From IMG/VR virus record IMGVR_UViG_3300032212_000708, positions 1-29,759 of that record: 29,759 bases of DNA; one strand, given 5' to 3'. The DNA comes from a virus. Its lineage: Duplodnaviria; Caudoviricetes. A program made the translations under genes and the position numbers. Within the stretch, counting starts at the first letter, position 1; every line of letters begins with the position of its first letter. The notes under the pieces are model-generated. The model saw nothing but the letters and a program-made list of their open reading frames with translations. It had not been told where the DNA came from and made no database searches. Below are positions 7,391 to 15,743 of this stretch, in pieces.

Positions 7391-9667
7391 TTAGCCCATA
7401 GGCAGCGGGGCAGAAGCTTCCGGAGCAGGGCCGGGCGGTGGAATCTGTAGCGGTTGCGGCGTGGCCGATGCAGGTGAAGGGGGCGGAGCTGGTGCGGGCA
7501 AGAGCGCATTGATGTTGTAGCCAGACTCCGCGAGCAATTCGTCTGCCATCGGGATTGCGGCGCGCTTTTGCAGCATTTCCATCGCGAGGGTCAGCGCGTC
7601 CTGCTGGGTCTTGATATTGTCCTGCGGCAGGCTCTTGAGGATGCGTTCAGCCTCTGCTTTGGTTTTGTCCGCGCGCGCAGTTTCGGCGGCGGCCTTGGCT
7701 TCGATGGTGGCCAGTTGGGCCTCGGCGGCACGTTCCTCCTTGGCTGCCTGCATTTTCTTTTGCTCTTGAAACGCGAGTTGCTCTGGGTCCGGGTTGTTGG
7801 GATCGGCGTCCGGGTCGGTCATGCCGGTCATTTGGCGGATGCGCTTGACGATTTCGTTCTTGGACGGGATGTCCATCGTCTCAATGACCAGATCGAGGAC
7901 AACCATGACGACCTGGGGTGCGGACGGTGCGAGTTGTTGCAGAAGATTTAATAATTCTTCGGTCTGTGACTGGCGCACGGTTGCGTTCCAGGCATCTTCC
8001 GAAATGATATAATCGGCCTTGGTTTTTGAAATATCGTTTTCGGGCAGGCCATCATTTATATCGATAAAATCGGGGCTGCCGCGGCTGTTGGTAATGCGGA
8101 AGCTTTTTTGCTTGGTCATGAACTGTTCGATCAGCGACAGCATCTTCTCGCCGTGGATCTGGCGGGCGAGCCTGAGATTGTCAAAGATCAGCGAAACCGA
8201 GAGCTGGCCCTGTTCCTGCCGCAGACCGATCGCCTTGCCGGATGTGGCATTGGTCGTACGGCCCAGAGCTTCGTCGGTTACGCCCGATGTCTGCTGAATC
8301 ATGCTGACGGTGCGCGAGAACATATCGAGATGCGCGCTGGCCAAGTCCCGATCTGCGGATATATCGAGTTGATAGCCTTTCTTTTTGACGATGACCGAGT
8401 TGGGTCGGGCCATTTCATCTTCAAAGGCGTCCAGGTCATCGACCGCGCCCGCGTCCATCACGACTTTGTTTGAGGACAGGATAGCCAGAGCCTTCGAGGC
8501 GCGCTTGTTGATGTCGTCCTGCATCCCTTTGAGACCGCGAATGACGCCATAGGGCTGCTTGTCGGCGGCACGCTGATAGCCCCAGATCGGGGTAAACGGA
8601 TATTTGTTGTGGCGATATGGCGACGGGCTGAACCAGAGCGCACCGGCTGACGTGAAAATAAGCACGTAGACGCGCATCGTAGTCACGGTGGCCACCTTGG
8701 CGCGGCCGGTTATGATGTCATCGAAATGCCCTAAGCTTTGTGGATCGTGGATCTCACCACTGAAGTCGCCACCGCGCAGGCGTTTCTCTGTTTTCGGAAT
8801 CTTGAACCACGCTTCGATCAGCCGGACCCGGCGGCGGTCTGATGTCGGGTTGATGAAGCGGTCGTGAGACTGGTTGGTAGTTTGCTCCTGACTATCCATC
8901 GCATCGTCGCCGTAGCCTTCGACTGACGCGGCGGTTTGAAAGCTATCCGCTGCCGCGAGTTCAATGATCTCTTTGCGATCTGGAAAGAAAGCATTGGCGG
9001 AATCGACATCGGACCATTTGACCCGAAACTGGTAGCGCGCGTCTTCAAGGTCCATTTCGGACGCGGTGCTGTCATGCAGGATGTTGCGCCAGCTTTCATG
9101 GCGGTCGTAAATCGGCTCGCCTTCGTCCTCGCTGCGAAAGCCGGACTCGATCCAGCCCAGCCCGGCCTTTACCGTCTCGGCATAGCTACGAGAAACAGAG
9201 AAGGTCGAACGGTTGGAGTCCTCCAGGTATTTCATCAGCTGCGTCTTGCGCTCTGCCGCCTGGCTGCCGTCCTTTCGACGCGGAAGTATCTTGGCCTCGA
9301 CCCGGCCACGCCGTTCAGCGCCCAGGATCCAGTTTACGGTCGTTGCCAGAACATTGTAGACCAGTGCTTCCTGGCCGCGCTCCGCAAGGACGGCCTCGTC
9401 CTCGGGCTTCCATTGGTCGTGATCGTAATAGGCTTCGTCCTCAGCCATTTTCAGGCGGTTGCTTGCTTGAATGTCGAGTTCAGCGAGATAGTGTCCCATC
9501 ATCAGATCGACGAAACGTCGCACTTCGGGCTTGTCGAGATCGCTTTGCGACGGGTTCGGCTGTTCCGGCGCAGGCATCGCATCGTCCTTGAGGGGCAATC
9601 CGGAGATCGAACTGTCGGTACTGGATGAGCGACGAAACTCTGCGCCCGCGTCGTATGTCTCAAACAT
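7391..9667 (-). CDS. Portal protein (P22-like podovirus type)
   Basis: 758 aa; YYDHDQW...L.ERGQ..LVYN, KAGLGW, YPFTPIWGY, PYGVIRGLKGMQDDINKR, SGKAIGLRQEQG motifs; C-terminal coiled coil. Confidence 0.92.
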   Translation of the reverse strand: MFETYDAGAEFRRSSSTDSSISGLPLKDDAMPAPEQPNPSQSDLDKPEVRRFVDLMMGHYLAELDIQASNRLKMAEDEAYYDHDQWKPEDEAVLAERGQEALVYNVLATTVNWILGAERRGRVEAKILPRRKDGSQAAERKTQLMKYLEDSNRSTFSVSRSYAETVKAGLGWIESGFRSEDEGEPIYDRHESWRNILHDSTASEMDLEDARYQFRVKWSDVDSANAFFPDRKEIIELAAADSFQTAASVEGYGDDAMDSQEQTTNQSHDRFINPTSDRRRVRLIEAWFKIPKTEKRLRGGDFSGEIHDPQSLGHFDDIITGRAKVATVTTMRVYVLIFTSAGALWFSPSPYRHNKYPFTPIWGYQRAADKQPYGVIRGLKGMQDDINKRASKALAILSSNKVVMDAGAVDDLDAFEDEMARPNSVIVKKKGYQLDISADRDLASAHLDMFSRTVSMIQQTSGVTDEALGRTTNATSGKAIGLRQEQGQLSVSLIFDNLRLARQIHGEKMLSLIEQFMTKQKSFRITNSRGSPDFIDINDGLPENDISKTKADYIISEDAWNATVRQSQTEELLNLLQQLAPSAPQVVMVVLDLVIETMDIPSKNEIVKRIRQMTGMTDPDADPNNPDPEQLAFQEQKKMQAAKEERAAEAQLATIEAKAAAETARADKTKAEAERILKSLPQDNIKTQQDALTLAMEMLQKRAAIPMADELLAESGYNINALLPAPAPPPSPASATPQPLQIPPPGPAPEASAPLPMG

Positions 9668-10115
9668 GATCAGTGACCTCTTTGTGCGTGGTTTTGCCGG
9701 TGTTGTGATCGTGGATTTCCATATGCGCTACGGACTTCCGGGTCTCTGGTGCGTGAGGCAGGGGTGGCATCTGCATCATCTCGTCGAGACAGTCGCGAAC
9801 AACGGCTGTGACGGCGATGAGCGTCGATGTGTCATGCGGACTGAACCCGAGGCAGGCCGCGAAGGCCGCGGAGGTTCTGGCGCAGTGCCGTGCGTCGCCG
9901 ACCTCTTCGGTCCAGATCCAGCCCTCACGGATTCGCACGACGCAGGGCGTGATGCGCTCGTGCGATGTCCGGACATGCGTCGGCACCAGCACGATGCAGG
10001 GCCTTCCGTCATCCCACGTCCATGTCAGGTGTGCGGTAATATCGCCGTAGCGGTAAATCTTCTGGTTGATGGTCAGGTCCAACAGTGGCTTTTGCGTGAT
10101 CCGATGGGGTTTCAT
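9660..10115 (-). CDS. Conserved phage hypothetical protein between terL and portal
   Basis: Start re-called at 10115 (MKPHRITQKPLLDL...): ATGA overlap with the terL stop and GGAGG RBS; 151 aa. Confidence 0.75.
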   Translation of the reverse strand: MKPHRITQKPLLDLTINQKIYRYGDITAHLTWTWDDGRPCIVLVPTHVRTSHERITPCVVRIREGWIWTEEVGDARHCARTSAAFAACLGFSPHDTSTLIAVTAVVRDCLDEMMQMPPLPHAPETRKSVAHMEIHDHNTGKTTHKEVTDHV

Positions 10116-11725
10116 GTGGTCATGCCTCCTTGGCGGCGCCGTCTTGGTCTCTGCTGGACCTGAATGAGTGCGGGATCGAAACCTTGCGCCCACTGCCGGA
10201 TGGCATCTGCGGCTTCGGTATCCTCGTTGTCCTTGTCCGGCTCGCTGCCCCAGTCGCCGAGGCGCGAATTCCATTTCTTCCGGTAATTCTGAAGGTGAAT
10301 GAGACCTTCCTTGGTCTTCTCCTCATCGAACCATGCGCTCGGCAACTTGGAGCGGGTCAATTCGATGCCGTGTTGAAGCACCTCGACGCGGGGCACGATA
10401 TGCCAGGCGAGATCGGGGGCGATCTCCTGAAGCATTTCCAGCGGCGAGGCGACGGTGTTGGCCATCTGGCGGACCTGCATTGCGTCGTGCGGCAGGAAAT
10501 TGCCGCCGAACACATAGCCCGTCTCGCGCATGAACCGGATGTAGTGATCGTAGCCCTTGGCCCAATCCTCGAAAAAGTTGATGAACCGGTGCTGAACCCC
10601 GACGTATTGATGAAACCAGACCGCCGTGCCGTCGCCAGAGCCGATGTCCCAGAATGTGTTGACACGGACCTGGGGCAGATGAGGCACAGTCGTAATGCGG
10701 CCTTGTACGCGCGCCAGGCTGATCTGGGACGCAAAGAACGTGCCTTCGGTTGACTTTTGCCAGCACTCATTCGGCGTTGATGGATATTCGCGCCACATCT
10801 TCTCGACGTCGCCGCTGAAATCCATGTCGCGCTTCTGGATGTAAAAGGCGCGCTGCTCGGCATCAATTTCGATGCCTGTCTCCGCCTCGATCTTTGCAAA
10901 ATATTCGTGCTCGCTTGGGCTTATGACGACATTTGTGGGGTCGGCGCGGTATTTGTCGTTGGCAAACCAGGGCACGAAGTAAAACAGATAGTCGGCGCGG
11001 GTGAGTGGGCGATTCAGTTCGTTGCGCGCCTGTGCTTTGGTCGCCAGCTTGTAGAATTCTCCGCTCTGGCCTTCGGAGGTGGATTCTATTATGGCGATGC
11101 CGCTTTCCGGAACGGCCGGCAGGCTGCCGGTGATGATCTCAAGCGCCTTTTCGGGAAATTTCGCGCCCAGCTTTCCCATTTCGGAAATGTGCAGCCGATG
11201 GATGGTGTCAGAGCGGACAGAGGTCGAGACGATGATCGAAGAGTTGTTGTGCGCGAACACGATCTCTTCGGCGCTCTCGATCTTTGTCGGGACGCGCGCG
11301 CGGATATCGGGCGGCAGGTTGTCGTAGGCCAGTTTGACCTTCTGGCGGAATATCTTTTTCGCGTCCTTGAGCGTGTGAGCGATGATAGCAACCGACTGGT
11401 TGGCGTTCCACAGCGCATGGTCGAGCCAGATGATTGCAATCAGGGTGGTGAAACCGAGCTGGCGGGCCTTGAGAATGATATTGCGGTTGCGCATCGACAT
11501 AAGAAATCGACGTTGGGCGCGGTTTGGCTTGAACGGGACGAGGGTGCCGGATGATCCGTCGTCATCTGGCTCGACGTCTTTGGTGATGATCTTGTAGAGC
11601 CGCCCGGAGAATATCCGCCACCGCCATGAGGCGAGACAGGCGACCAGTTCCGCCTCAGTCTCGGGAACGACCGATGGGTCGATGTCCGTTGGGTCCGTGC
11701 CGGTCAACGCGCGGTCATGCATCAT
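10112..11725 (-). CDS. terL: Terminase large subunit
   Basis: Walker A ILKARQLGFTT, Walker B LHISE, coupling motif IIESTSEG, nuclease FWDIGSGDGTAVWF, C-terminal AADAIR. Confidence 0.95.
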   Translation of the reverse strand: MMHDRALTGTDPTDIDPSVVPETEAELVACLASWRWRIFSGRLYKIITKDVEPDDDGSSGTLVPFKPNRAQRRFLMSMRNRNIILKARQLGFTTLIAIIWLDHALWNANQSVAIIAHTLKDAKKIFRQKVKLAYDNLPPDIRARVPTKIESAEEIVFAHNNSSIIVSTSVRSDTIHRLHISEMGKLGAKFPEKALEIITGSLPAVPESGIAIIESTSEGQSGEFYKLATKAQARNELNRPLTRADYLFYFVPWFANDKYRADPTNVVISPSEHEYFAKIEAETGIEIDAEQRAFYIQKRDMDFSGDVEKMWREYPSTPNECWQKSTEGTFFASQISLARVQGRITTVPHLPQVRVNTFWDIGSGDGTAVWFHQYVGVQHRFINFFEDWAKGYDHYIRFMRETGYVFGGNFLPHDAMQVRQMANTVASPLEMLQEIAPDLAWHIVPRVEVLQHGIELTRSKLPSAWFDEEKTKEGLIHLQNYRKKWNSRLGDWGSEPDKDNEDTEAADAIRQWAQGFDPALIQVQQRPRRRRQGGMTT

Positions 11726-12318
11726 TGCAGGCGCTGACCGTCTGGCCGGGTGTTGTCCGGCGCAGGTTCAGAGGCGATGGGAGCTGTACTGCCGCGCTTG
11801 GAAATGTCGATGATCGCCTGGGCGAAGGCATCGACGGGGTTTTCCTTCGGCTTCCACAGCCCAAGATGTGTGCCCAGGTCGTGCAGCGCCTTCATCTTGT
11901 CGTACATCTTGACTTTGACTTTGGTCACGACGCGGAAGGTATCACCTTCGCCTTCGGGGTGGCTCTCGTTGGTGATCTCGGCGATGGTCGATAGCTGTTC
12001 TTCGGTTGCCTCGGTCAGATCCCAGACCGGCATACCTTCGTGGTCGATCCTAAAGAACGCGCTGAGCGAACCGAACGCGACCTTCATGTATTCGCGGATG
12101 ACTTTTTCTGCGGAAAGCCCGGTCTTTTTGTTCAATTCTTCGGTGAGTTCGTCGATGCGAGCCTTGACCAGGGGGTCATTCAGCATCTGATGCGCCTGCC
12201 GTCCCGCGTTTTTTGCGGCATACCCGGCGCGACGGGCAGCATCCGCACCGTTGCGATCCACCATATATTGCTGGCAGAATTCCTCTCTTTTGGGGTTGGG
12301 ATGCTTGGCCACGAACAC
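11722..12318 (-). CDS. terS: Terminase small subunit
   Basis: FCQQYMVDRNGADAARRAGYAAKNA HTH and KMYDKMKALHDLGTHLG motifs; overlaps terL by 4 nt. True start may be the GTG at 12312, which is better spaced from the GGAG. Confidence 0.92.
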   Translation of the reverse strand: MFVAKHPNPKREEFCQQYMVDRNGADAARRAGYAAKNAGRQAHQMLNDPLVKARIDELTEELNKKTGLSAEKVIREYMKVAFGSLSAFFRIDHEGMPVWDLTEATEEQLSTIAEITNESHPEGEGDTFRVVTKVKVKMYDKMKALHDLGTHLGLWKPKENPVDAFAQAIIDISKRGSTAPIASEPAPDNTRPDGQRLQ

Positions 12319-12336
12319 GCTCCGATTTCGTGGCGC

Positions 12337-12403
12337 ATTGTGAAGGTGGAGATTTATCTAGTCAATATCATGTATCGCCGGGACAATGTGGAGATAAATC
12401 TAG
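12337..12403 (-). promoter_or_regulatory. Sigma70-type promoter for the morphogenesis operon with two operator-like boxes
   Basis: Minus strand TTGACT(12365-12360)-N17-CACAAT(12342-12337); boxes TGGAGATTTATCTA (12347-12360) and TGGAGATAAATCTA (12389-12402). Confidence 0.7.
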
Positions 12404-12420
12404 AATTTCCCGCGTAAAAT

Positions 12421-12996
12421 CTATTGCGAGAATGCCGCCTCTCGCAATGTGAACCAAAGAGGCCAGTCGAACGCATTGTGATTGCGGGCGAGAAGATCGC
12501 GGCCGCGGTTTGGATTGACCCCAATACGGCGCCATGCGTCGGCGCGGTTGGTCGAGCCGAGACGGAATACCAGCGTGTCAAGAACTAGGGCAACCAGATC
12601 GACTTCGGGCGGCATCTCGTCGATGCCGATGCCCATGATCCGATCAAACATGATCCCTGTTGGCGAATAGCCGTTCTGATGTTCATCTGGGATTGGGGTT
12701 TCGGCCAGATCCCGACGCAACTTGGCTTGGGCCGTGCCAGGTGCGGTGCTCTCGCGCTTGATCGCGAATTTCATGGCGCGGCTCAGGTTTGAAAGGTCGT
12801 GGACCAACGGGGCAAGCATTACATCACTCTCGATGGCTTCGAGATCAGAGAGCCGGTTGCGCATTTCATCCCGATCCGCATCTGTGTAATGTTCCTGCTC
12901 GCTGCCTTCCATGCGCTCCAAATCGTCACGCAGGGTCGCCAAAAACTCGGGCATTACATAGGCCAGCGCGTCGTCTCTGGTCTCGAAATGCTTCAT
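12421..12996 (-). CDS. Putative transcriptional regulator with C-terminal HTH (KorC/Aca-like arrangement)
   Basis: 191 aa; C-terminal NRADAWRRIGVNPNRGRDLLAR...DWPLWFTL looks like an HTH plus aromatic tail; last gene of the small-gene operon. Confidence 0.55.
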   Translation of the reverse strand: MKHFETRDDALAYVMPEFLATLRDDLERMEGSEQEHYTDADRDEMRNRLSDLEAIESDVMLAPLVHDLSNLSRAMKFAIKRESTAPGTAQAKLRRDLAETPIPDEHQNGYSPTGIMFDRIMGIGIDEMPPEVDLVALVLDTLVFRLGSTNRADAWRRIGVNPNRGRDLLARNHNAFDWPLWFTLREAAFSQ

Positions 12997-13286
12997 CGAT
13001 TGATCCTCCGCAGACCTTTGCCAGTATAGATCGGAACCGACAGCAACGTCGCCCTGGCTGCGCGAATGACGTCTTCCACGGCGATTCTCTCAGCGACACC
13101 ATGGTGAAGAATACTGGATATCGCCAGAGTGGCCTTTGCCTCCCTGGAATTGGCGGTTTCGTCGCTGATCAGCGAATGCAGATCGACAAGCATGCCGCCT
13201 TGCGCAATCCGGCGTTGGTTCGGCGCCATGCAGGCGACAGCTTCTGGCTGGACATGACCTGCAGCACGGATCGCGATGCCGATCAT
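12993..13286 (-). CDS. Hypothetical protein
   Basis: 97 aa; ATGA-type overlaps with both neighbours. Confidence 0.55.
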   Translation of the reverse strand: MIGIAIRAAGHVQPEAVACMAPNQRRIAQGGMLVDLHSLISDETANSREAKATLAISSILHHGVAERIAVEDVIRAARATLLSVPIYTGKGLRRINR

Positions 13287-13516
13287 TGGCGTAGTCTCAC
13301 GAGAGCCGCGTTGTGCAAAAGCCAGAACGCCAGCGCGTCAGCATCCTTTTCGCTGAGGGAAAGCTTTGCCCCGGACTCAAGACCGTCACGGCAAATATTC
13401 AGAATGATCTCGTCCGATCCAATTTTCCGTCCAACCATGCCGAATGTGTTGGCGTTTTTCATGCAGCTGAAGCTGGATACGGCCAGTTCGCCGCGAAACG
13501 TCTTTTCCTGCTTCAT
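13283..13516 (-). CDS. Hypothetical protein
   Basis: Start re-called at 13516 (MKQEKTFRGELAV...), ATGA overlap with the upstream gene; 77 aa. Confidence 0.65.
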   Translation of the reverse strand: MKQEKTFRGELAVSSFSCMKNANTFGMVGRKIGSDEIILNICRDGLESGAKLSLSEKDADALAFWLLHNAALVRLRQ

Positions 13517-13830
13517 TGGTTCAACCTTTCGCAAAGGTCGTCGATTTCAGCCACTGGCAGGACTTCGCCAAGATGCTCCATTTCGATAAAGCCCTCGCTG
13601 GTGGCGGAATAAGGCACGGGATGGCGCCGTTGCCAGAACCGCAAGGACGCGAGGACAGTTGAGGTTTCCCGCGCGTCGAGAGACGGCGTATGCGGGCGGA
13701 TCCTAACGCTCTGGTATGGCGATATCGGAGCATCGCAATTCGGGCAGGGATCGTCGCAGCCGCAGGACCATTCGTCCTGCCACTCTTCGCCGCAGTCCGG
13801 GCAACGGTAGGTGTTCAGGAATTGCGCCAT
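13513..13830 (-). CDS. Zinc-ribbon protein
   Basis: Start 13830 (MAQFLNTYRCPDCGEEWQDEWSCGCDDPCPNC); two CxxC pairs; AAGGGG RBS; 105 aa. Confidence 0.75.
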   Translation of the reverse strand: MAQFLNTYRCPDCGEEWQDEWSCGCDDPCPNCDAPISPYQSVRIRPHTPSLDARETSTVLASLRFWQRRHPVPYSATSEGFIEMEHLGEVLPVAEIDDLCERLNQ

Positions 13831-13831
13831 G

Positions 13832-14134
13832 TCACACCCCCTTGCCATGGTAGGCGCGGTTCTCAGCCAGCTGGGCGTCGGCGGCAGCCGCGCGTTCTTC
13901 CTCGGCTACCTGATCGGCGGCACGGGCGATTATTTCTGCGGCGTATTCGCTGGGAAGCCTGCCCGAACAGAAGACGTCGAGTGCGCCGTCAACCGAGTAG
14001 CCGTCACGATCTTGATCGCCGTCTAGTTCGTGGCCGACAATTGCCTCCACCTCTGCACACCATTTCTCAAAGCGTGTAGGTGCTGCCGCGCAGCTTTCCG
14101 CAAAACCGAGGTCTATATGTTGCCTGTCCATCAC
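13832..14134 (-). CDS. Small acidic hypothetical protein
   Basis: 100 aa; FEKWCAEVEAIVGHELDGDQDRDGYSVDGALD; translationally coupled to neighbours. Confidence 0.7.
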   Translation of the reverse strand: MMDRQHIDLGFAESCAAAPTRFEKWCAEVEAIVGHELDGDQDRDGYSVDGALDVFCSGRLPSEYAAEIIARAADQVAEEERAAAADAQLAENRAYHGKGV

Positions 14135-14340
14135 GCGGCTCCCGCGAGTTCTAGGACTTCGTCGAAGCTCGGCAGTTCCCAGAAAGTGCTGGTGATTTTC
14201 CGGCCTCTGGGAGTGATCATCACCAGAGTCATTTCATCGCCGTAGAACGGGTGCTCGTAGAACCGGACCCCGGCCACTACGCCAATGAGCGTGGGGTTGT
14301 TCGAGAGGAATTTCTGCGCGTTTGCGGAAAGGTCGGACAT
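14131..14340 (-). CDS. Small hypothetical protein, first gene of the accessory operon
   Basis: Start 14340 (MSDLSANAQKFLSNNPTLIG...FYEHPFYGDE) with AGGAGG RBS; 69 aa. Confidence 0.75.
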   Translation of the reverse strand: MSDLSANAQKFLSNNPTLIGVVAGVRFYEHPFYGDEMTLVMITPRGRKITSTFWELPSFDEVLELAGAA

Positions 14341-14394
14341 GTTGTTGCCTCCTGTGGCATACGGCCTGTGCCTTGTTGGCACCGCCTGCCGTTC

Positions 14395-14423
14395 ATATAG
14401 TGCGATAATATCGCACAGTCAAG
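14395..14423 (-). promoter_or_regulatory. Strong RpoD-type promoter with perfect palindromic operator in the spacer
   Basis: Minus strand CTTGAC(14423-14418)-N17-CTATAT(14400-14395), matching the alphaproteobacterial (S. meliloti) RpoD consensus; GTGCGATA-A-TATCGCAC inverted repeat at 14400-14416. Confidence 0.8.
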
Positions 14424-14461
14424 AGTTGACGAATACCCTACAATCGGTCAGCGCCAATACC

Positions 14462-14806
14462 TCATGGCGCGGCGTTCTTCTGGGTAAAGGCGCTGCCTTC
14501 GACAAAAGACCACGTCGGTAGCATCGAGCGCATGACGCTTGCGCCCCGAAACGAGGTCTGAACACGTTCGGTGATCGCACGCTCTCCGCGCTGATTTTTG
14601 GACCAAACGGTAAGCAATATATTCCCGAAAATATTCTGATCGTCCAAAATTGCGGATTCGAACTCAGCAAAGGTGGTGATATCCCGCAATTCGATAATGT
14701 CGAAACCGGAGCGCGAATTCGGAATTACGAAATGTGGAAGAAAGAATACTTGCACAATCAGTTTCGACTTTGGGTCGGTCGTTGGTTTCAGTTCTGGGTT
14801 GGTCAC
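14462..14806 (-). CDS. Hypothetical protein
   Basis: 114 aa; 4-nt overlap with the MT-A70 stop, GGAG upstream. Confidence 0.6.
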   Translation of the reverse strand: MTNPELKPTTDPKSKLIVQVFFLPHFVIPNSRSGFDIIELRDITTFAEFESAILDDQNIFGNILLTVWSKNQRGERAITERVQTSFRGASVMRSMLPTWSFVEGSAFTQKNAAP

Positions 14807-15528
14807 TTATCTATCTCCAGATTGAATTTTCCGGCTTCGTTTCCCCATGATGTCCAACCAGGCCGGTGTTCCCGGCTGAACAGGTCAATTCCGGTGCCGG
14901 TTGGCACCAGGCGTCGGGCCGTGGCGTAAGCCAGATCAGGCTTGCGGCTGTGTTCTCTGCGCCTCGCCTCAATCGTGAAGCCCAGCGAGCGGAGTGGATC
15001 TTGTTCGTGGAGCATTTCCGCGGCGCCGCCGCCAAAGTCGGAGAGGATCGATCGGATACTCCGTTCAGCGACCTTTACCCGCCCGCGGGTCGCAATCAGG
15101 ATCGGCTCATTGGCGGATCGGAAAATATAGCCACCGCCAAAACAGTTGGCGCCATGAACTGTTCGCTTCACCCAGGTGCCGGCCGTTTTGAAGGTAAACC
15201 CCCAAGCCTCGATCACTTCCAGCGCCTGTGGCAGCATCGGGTTTGTAGCCCAGAGCCAAAGCAGACAGTTTTTTCCCGCCAGCACATCGACCGGTAATGC
15301 CTTGATCCAGTCGAGCCCCTGACAATCGTAGTGGGCGGTAGGGCTGCGACCTGCTCCGTTCTCAGACCAGAGACCGAAGTTCCATGGCGGATCAGCCATG
15401 ATCAGGCGAGCGCCATTGTAGGGCCGTATTTTGGAGAACTCGACTGCGATGCGCGACATCTCGGGGTATGCAAGCTCTGAGGTTGCAGGCAGGTTCAACC
15501 GGCGCTCTGTTGGAGGAGACAGATTCAT
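14803..15528 (-). CDS. MT-A70 family adenine methyltransferase
   Basis: LIMADPPW catalytic motif, LLWLWATNPML, VIEAWGFTFKTAGTWVK, RREHSRKPD, IDLFSREHRPGWTSWGNE. Confidence 0.92.
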   Translation of the reverse strand: MNLSPPTERRLNLPATSELAYPEMSRIAVEFSKIRPYNGARLIMADPPWNFGLWSENGAGRSPTAHYDCQGLDWIKALPVDVLAGKNCLLWLWATNPMLPQALEVIEAWGFTFKTAGTWVKRTVHGANCFGGGYIFRSANEPILIATRGRVKVAERSIRSILSDFGGGAAEMLHEQDPLRSLGFTIEARRREHSRKPDLAYATARRLVPTGTGIDLFSREHRPGWTSWGNEAGKFNLEIDK

Positions 15529-15743
15529 AACTGGACCTTCCGGTATTTCCTCAGCCGGTCGCGGGCCTTCACCAGCGATGCCAGAACCGGAGCGTAGTGC
15601 CCGGCGTAGCGCCCGCTCTTTCTCTCAACCAAAAGGGTGTAGAGTTTGATTTGACCGTCGATCCGGTTAGCTGGGAAACTCGCTTTCCATGTCCGGCCGA
15701 CCATCCTGAAGGACTGCATATCAGCGGAGATCAGAACCTTCAT
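15525..15743 (-). CDS. Hypothetical protein
   Basis: 72 aa, basic; ATGA overlaps on both sides. Confidence 0.65.
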   Translation of the reverse strand: MKVLISADMQSFRMVGRTWKASFPANRIDGQIKLYTLLVERKSGRYAGHYAPVLASLVKARDRLRKYRKVQL

